A program made the position numbers and the translations under genes. A stretch of 64,000 nt of DNA from Candidatus Binatia bacterium (GTDB lineage: Bacteria; Desulfobacterota; Binatia; HRBIN30), in contig JBBRSP010000002.1 of assembly GCA_038245295.1 (NCBI GenBank), forward strand, positions 32,001-96,000, read 5' to 3'. The notes beneath the pieces are model-generated. The model was not told where the DNA came from, searched no databases, and saw only the letters and a program-made list of their open reading frames with translations. The first letter of the stretch is position 1; the number at the start of each line of letters is the position of its first letter. This document shows, piece after piece, positions 62,504-64,000 of the stretch.

Positions 62504-64000
62504 AATCCCTACGGCGCATTGCTTCGCTCATCGCTGCCCTTGCGGTGATTCCATCGCTGGGCTCGGCGCTTAGCGTCGTCTTCGACGGCGACCCGGTGTC
62601 ACCCAGCAGCGGATTGCCTTACGAGATCCTGCCGGGTTTTCCGCTCATCCAGCCCGGCCTCGATGGTATCCTTGGCACCCCCGACGACACCATCAACCCG
62701 GCGATTACGGGTGACATCGACATGGTCGTGCGCAGTGGCTCCCCCGCTGCGACTGCCATCATCGGACCACCAACGGTCCACAGCGGCCCGTTACCGAGCG
62801 TCACGGCTGGATCAACGGCCGCTGGTGGAACCACCTTGGCGTTCACGGTGTTCCTATCGGACGGCATTACGAGCGTCGCCGCTCCTTACGGCAACCTGCT
62901 GGCGGCGGCCGATATGGACGGCATTCCGGTCATCGTCGCCGCCTTCGCGGATCTCGATAACGATGGTTTCATCGGTCCGACCGATGTCGTCTGCGAAGGG
63001 TCAGTGGCCTGCAGCCGTCAGGTGCGGGAGCTCGAGCCAGTCGGCCGCGGTGTCGCCCTCTTCAGTGGTGGCGTGGCACGCGGCAGCCTGTCCGTTTCCG
63101 TTGGTCGTCCAGCCGGCCAAGGCGGCCTGAAAATCGTTCTCGGAGCCCTGTCGTTGACCGGCCCGTTCGATCCAAACGTCTTCAGCGGCAACATCCCAAG
63201 CGGTCCGGCGATCGCGTCAGCGCTGCCTTTCCTGCCGCAACGTGATCTCAGTCGCTTGTTGCGCGACCGGGCGGTGCCGGTTGGACCGGCGACCACCATG
63301 CAATCGTTCGTGCAGTTTGCGGAAATGCCGCGTCTGAGCGACAGCCCACTCTTTGCGCTGCCGACGGACGGTAGTTCCGCGACAAACGATGTAGCACTAG
63401 CGATTTCACAACCGAGCACACGAGCCGCGCTGTACGAATCGCTGCCCGGCAAACTCCTGCCCCAGATGGTCGGTGAGATCGTACTGGGAACGGACAACAA
63501 GTCGCGCAAGAAGACCCTGCGTCTGGTGCCTGTGGATCGCTACGGCAATCCCGCCGATCCGGCGCTGGGAAATACCTTCACTCTCACGACAACGGGACCC
63601 CTGCTCGTTCGGCGTCCGAGCGCCGCGCGACAGGCGCCCGGCGTGACGCTGACCAGCACCAATGGCAAGACGGTTGGTGTTGAGGTCCCCAAGAACACGC
63701 CCGACGGTGTCAGCGGATCGCTCATGGTCGAATCGAACGGCGTGGTTGTGGCGGCAGTGGCCTATCGCGTCGACGTACGAGCCAACACGGTGCGACCCGA
63801 CGTGACGGTTCCAAGCCGCAACGCGCCGACGATTCAGGCCGCCATCAACACGGTCACCGACCGTAATGGTGACGGCGCCATGGTGGTGGCCGTGAAGCCG
63901 GGCGTCTACCGCGAAAACGTCAGCCTCAACCGCTCGGTCGTCGTACGCGGCTACGATTGTCGCCGCACCTTGATTCAAGGCGATGGCGGCACGGCCGTGG
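62500..64000 (+). CDS. Large secreted protein with start of a right-handed beta-helix domain; runs off window end
   Basis: Not in ORF track (no stop in window). MKSLRRIASLIAALAVIPSLGSA signal; DLDNDG Ca-binding-like motif; PTIQAAIN...VKPGVYRENV typical of pectin-lyase-fold N-termini. Confidence 0.75.
   Translation, partial: MKSLRRIASLIAALAVIPSLGSALSVVFDGDPVSPSSGLPYEILPGFPLIQPGLDGILGTPDDTINPAITGDIDMVVRSGSPAATAIIGPPTVHSGPLPSVTAGSTAAGGTTLAFTVFLSDGITSVAAPYGNLLAAADMDGIPVIVAAFADLDNDGFIGPTDVVCEGSVACSRQVRELEPVGRGVALFSGGVARGSLSVSVGRPAGQGGLKIVLGALSLTGPFDPNVFSGNIPSGPAIASALPFLPQRDLSRLLRDRAVPVGPATTMQSFVQFAEMPRLSDSPLFALPTDGSSATNDVALAISQPSTRAALYESLPGKLLPQMVGEIVLGTDNKSRKKTLRLVPVDRYGNPADPALGNTFTLTTTGPLLVRRPSAARQAPGVTLTSTNGKTVGVEVPKNTPDGVSGSLMVESNGVVVAAVAYRVDVRANTVRPDVTVPSRNAPTIQAAINTVTDRNGDGAMVVAVKPGVYRENVSLNRSVVVRGYDCRRTLIQGDGGTAV

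Overview
High-GC (visually about 63-65%) bacterial chromosomal segment. Taxonomy is an inference only: the dockerin-like CPGDLNGD...C module, Pro/Thr linkers and gene content resemble Candidatus Binatia / deltaproteobacteria-like genomes. Layout: (1) 1-3.6 kb: OmpA-like barrel (partial), P450 and GDP-fucose synthase. (2) 3.7-10 kb: nested MITEs, then a decayed defence patch (Rpn-like nuclease, DUF2442, ParD/ParE-like pair, triply deleted hsdR, M48 peptidase, sbcC remnant). (3) 10-17 kb: envelope-modification genes and hydrolases. (4) 17.3-30.1 kb: a co-directional redox cluster of a Cyc2-like porin-cytochrome, a BamE-like protein, cytochrome c, a GltD/NfnB-like flavo-Fe-S protein, Rieske, cytochrome b, pentaheme cytochrome c, PFOR and a DHOD-like protein. 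This is the best candidate for an undescribed system, a surface-to-cytoplasm electron conduit. (5) 30-50 kb: metabolic and housekeeping genes (alaA, csp, rnj, ftsK, miaB). (6) 51-56 kb: egtB-egtD-DUF427 followed by a betaine-type ABC transporter. (7) 56-61.6 kb: sigma54 response regulator, lnt-like gene and a PDZ/multi-TM/GAF kinase. A ~150-160 bp MITE family that inserts into, and duplicates, the tetraloop of a hairpin it itself carries occurs at 3.7, 49 and 61.7 kb. No rRNA, tRNA or CRISPR array was recognised. All family assignments come from motif recognition by eye, not database searches.
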